Source of the DNA: Calcarisporiella thermophila CBS 279.70
Taxonomy: Eukaryota; Fungi; Calcarisporiellomycota
Direction: 5' to 3'
Length of the DNA: 64,000 nt
NCBI RefSeq assembly: GCF_041956535.1
Contig: NW_027192204.1
Coordinates: 561,140 to 625,139 of the forward strand
Under the pieces are notes generated by a model. That model saw nothing but the letters and a program-made list of their open reading frames with translations, searched no databases and was not told where the DNA came from. Positions 62,030 to 64,000 of this stretch are shown here, in pieces. Both the position numbers and the translations under genes were made by a program. Within the stretch, counting starts at the first letter, position 1. The number at the start of each line of letters is the position of its first letter.

Positions 62030-63300
62030 ATGGCAACCCAATCGATCTCATTCATCAACAGAAAGAATTCAACCCTGACTCTCGCCCATCCATTTTCCAC
62101 CGCCGCCCCGCTGCTCTCCACCGATTCTGCGCCCATGCCGCCTGCCGCTCAGCCCACCCCTCATCCGCAAACACTGGCCACATTCCCTTTTGTATTTGCT
62201 CTTCGCTACATCGCTCTTTTCTACACATATGTCTTTGGCCTTTTTCAATCAGGATCCAAATCGGTGCGGGATGCCCATGTGATTGATTTAGAGGATACTG
62301 AAGACGAATCTTCGGGGAAAACAAGCGCCTGTGCAACCGACCCCGCAGAGGAAATTGTCATGACTTCAACCGGGATCACCATGAAACCCACTGCACGGCG
62401 CCGTTTTGGAAACCCCAAAGGGGCCAAAGTACGTTTAGCGCCGGCTGGCAGTGGCGCAACCGAATCGGCCGCTTTTGCGGTCAAGTCCCCTGCTGCCTCA
62501 ACCGAAACTGCTGCTTCCGCCACCGGTGCCCCCTCCGCCTCCTTTCCCTCCTCTGGCACCTCGCACACCTCCCCACCTACCGCATACTGGCGTCAAAAAA
62601 CGCTGGTCCTTGATCTGGATGAGACGCTGATTCACTCCACTTCACGCGGCAGCTTCAAGGCGGATGCCCATCACGTTGAAGTGCTTGTCGACAACCACGC
62701 GTGCTTATACTATGTGTACAAGAGGCCCCACGTCGACTATTTCTTGCGCAAGGTGAGCGAATGGTACCGGGTGGTGGTGTATACCGCATCGATGGCCGAG
62801 TACGCAGACCCCGTCATTGACTGGCTTGATCCGCGCGGAAGCATTATTTCTGCACGATATTTTCGAAAAGTAAGCATCCTAACATGGCCTCTATGCTACT
62901 CCACTTTTGACTAACGGAGGGGAAAAAATACTTGTTTCTTTTTCGCACCATAGTCATGCATACAAGGTGACGATGGAAGTTATTTTAAGGACTTGACGAT
63001 TATCGAGCCTGACCTCTCGAAAGTGTGCCTGGTGGATAACTCCCCCGCATCGTTTTGCTTAAATCAAGGTAGAGTAGAAGGATCCCTTTGACTATTCTTG
63101 GCAAGACCTCTATTCCTAACAACCCATGGCCTTGACATACTCTAGAAAACGGAATACCAATAGAAAGTTGGATCAACGATCCTAATGACGAGGCATTGCT
63201 CGACTTGCTCCCCTTTCTTGACGCACTACGCTTTACCGAGGATGTACGCTCCGTGCTCTCCTTGAGATTACTTGGAGTGGAGCAAAGTAAACCTGGGTGA
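62030..63300 (+). CDS. NEM1: NIF/FCP1-family HAD phosphatase, Nem1/Dullard (CTDNEP1)-like, 2 introns
   Basis: [48 protein letters not shown] and [21 protein letters not shown], plus an N-terminal hydrophobic segment. Confidence 0.88.
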
Positions 63301-64000
63301 CCTAGGGGAGAGGATTGCGTTATTTTTATTTCCTGGTTCTTTTTTTTTTATTATTTTGAACGGTTGTAAGTGTCTATCTATTTCTATTCATTAAGTAATT
63401 TTTTCTTTCTTTTTTCTTTTTATCTCTCCTTCTTCTTCTATCGCCTCCTTCTCCTTCTCCTTCTCTTTATTATTTTTTTAATTGATATATTAAGATCATT
63501 CTTTGAATCCTCTTTCAGCTAAACTTTTACTTTATATATATATATATACGATGATCTCCTTTTCGATTCTTTTCTTGCCTTCACTTTTACTTTCTTTCTT
63601 CTGCTTTTTTCTGTATTATAAATTCTCTTTTCTTTTCTTTTGTGCTGAATTGATTTTATTTTCCTTAATGGATCGCTGGTATGCCTTTCGCTAGTCTTAC
63701 AAACAGTTCCCATGATAGATCTTGAAAAACAGATGGAACGATTTTTTTATCGTATGACGTAATCAGCCACCATGTGCTGAGAAAAATCGAGTTTTTTTAT
63801 TTATACATATGCGTTTTCTTAAACAATAGTGTTTTTAGCCTCGTCCATGAGAACGCATTGACAAAAAAATATTAAACATAAATTGGATGTTAATCTAACC
63901 ATTTGCTTTAATAAAAAAATGTGGAATGATATAGATGATCACAGCGGAACCATCAATGGCGGGGTACATCTAAAAGGTTTAGCCAGTCGAAGACAGCAGC

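Overview
Eukaryotic, intron-rich, gene-dense genomic DNA. It is most consistent with an early-diverging fungus (Mucoromycota-like; inference from short GT-AG introns, PRM1, MSB2, a fungal-type Crinkler and a U12-type intron). About 21 mostly housekeeping genes are present, including a HECT E3, PAN3, a LYR protein, two USP deubiquitinases, WBP1, ERF4, MTO1, SGT2, two GSTs flanking PRM1, a G-patch protein, an MSB2-like mucin, an intersectin-like EH-SH3-DH-PH-C2 protein, a PH-LRR protein and NEM1. Two AT-rich accessory regions interrupt them. (1) At ~10.7-17.5 kb is a Crinkler island: one intact Ubl-NTPase-REase-HhH gene, two pseudogenised paralogues, duplicated transposase relics and a CACTA-like MITE with a 3-bp TSD. 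(2) At ~27.6-31.5 kb is an intronless secreted protein. It has a glycine zipper, a Cys-KR-spacer-KR-Cys linker and a disordered tail with two PPxY motifs, and is the best candidate here for an undescribed two-chain effector/toxin. Splicing oddities include a minor-spliceosome (U12-type) intron, two GC-AG introns and three 8-nt micro-exons. There is an N gap at 58444-58798. No rRNA, tRNA or CRISPR array was found. Family assignments come from motif recognition by eye, not database searches, and exon boundaries were inferred by hand.
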